A stretch of 64,000 nucleotides of DNA from Escherichia coli. GTDB lineage: Bacteria > Pseudomonadota > Gammaproteobacteria > Enterobacterales > Enterobacteriaceae. A model generated the notes under the pieces. The model was not told the origin of the DNA. It searched no databases and saw nothing but the letters and a program-made list of their open reading frames with translations. Below, piece by piece: positions 63,915 to 64,000 of this stretch. The number at the start of each line of letters is the position of its first letter. Position 1 is the stretch's first letter. The DNA lies in assembly GCF_003334765.1 (NCBI RefSeq), contig NZ_QOWT01000018.1. One strand, given 5' to 3'. A program made the translations under genes and the position numbers.

Positions 63915-63996
63915 TGCCGGATGCGGCGTGAACGCCTTATCCGGCCTACGAATGGCGCAAGAATCTGTAGGCCTGATAAGCGTAGCGCATCAGGCA
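63915..63996. repeat. BIME (two REP units) downstream of yahG
   Basis: The units are tgccggatgcggcgtgaacgccttatccggcctac and gtaggcctgataagcgtagcgcatcaggca. Confidence 0.85.
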
Positions 63997-64000
63997 TTTG

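Overview
This window is an Escherichia coli chromosomal segment on a K-12-like backbone. I recognise almost every ORF of 100 aa or more directly from its protein sequence. Gene order (a slash marks a strand switch): fadE' / gmhA yafJ / yafK yafQ-dinJ / yafL rayT / lfhA' 'lafU dinB-yafN-yafO-yafP, ERIC, ykfJ(rtcB')-'prfH / pepD / gpt frsA crl / phoE / proB proA thrW / yagP' paoDCBA / yagU / ykgJ ecpEDCBA ecpR / ykgL / ykgO-ykgM ykgR / eaeH / ykgA rclCBA / rclR ykgEFG(lutABC-like) / ykgH betA betB betI / betT pdeL / yahB yahC / yahD yahE yahF yahG. Compared with K-12 MG1655 as I remember it, three things differ. No CP4-6 prophage follows thrW. No IS elements are present, and crl is intact. eaeH and ykgA are not truncated. 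The window has one tRNA, no rRNA and no CRISPR array. It has no integrase or classical transposase; the only mobile-type gene is the REP-associated transposase rayT. The lesions visible in the sequence are an in-frame amber codon in ecpD, a frameshift near the 3' end of eaeH, and three old deletion scars (Flag-2 lfhA'/'lafU, rtcB'/'prfH, and the yagP chimera). I see no convincing evidence of a wholly new multi-gene system. The best candidate for under-described biology is the translationally coupled yahE-yahF-yahG module together with yahD, yahB and yahC. CDS coordinates are anchored on the supplied ORF track. Hand-counted coordinates of small sites may be off by 1-2 nt.
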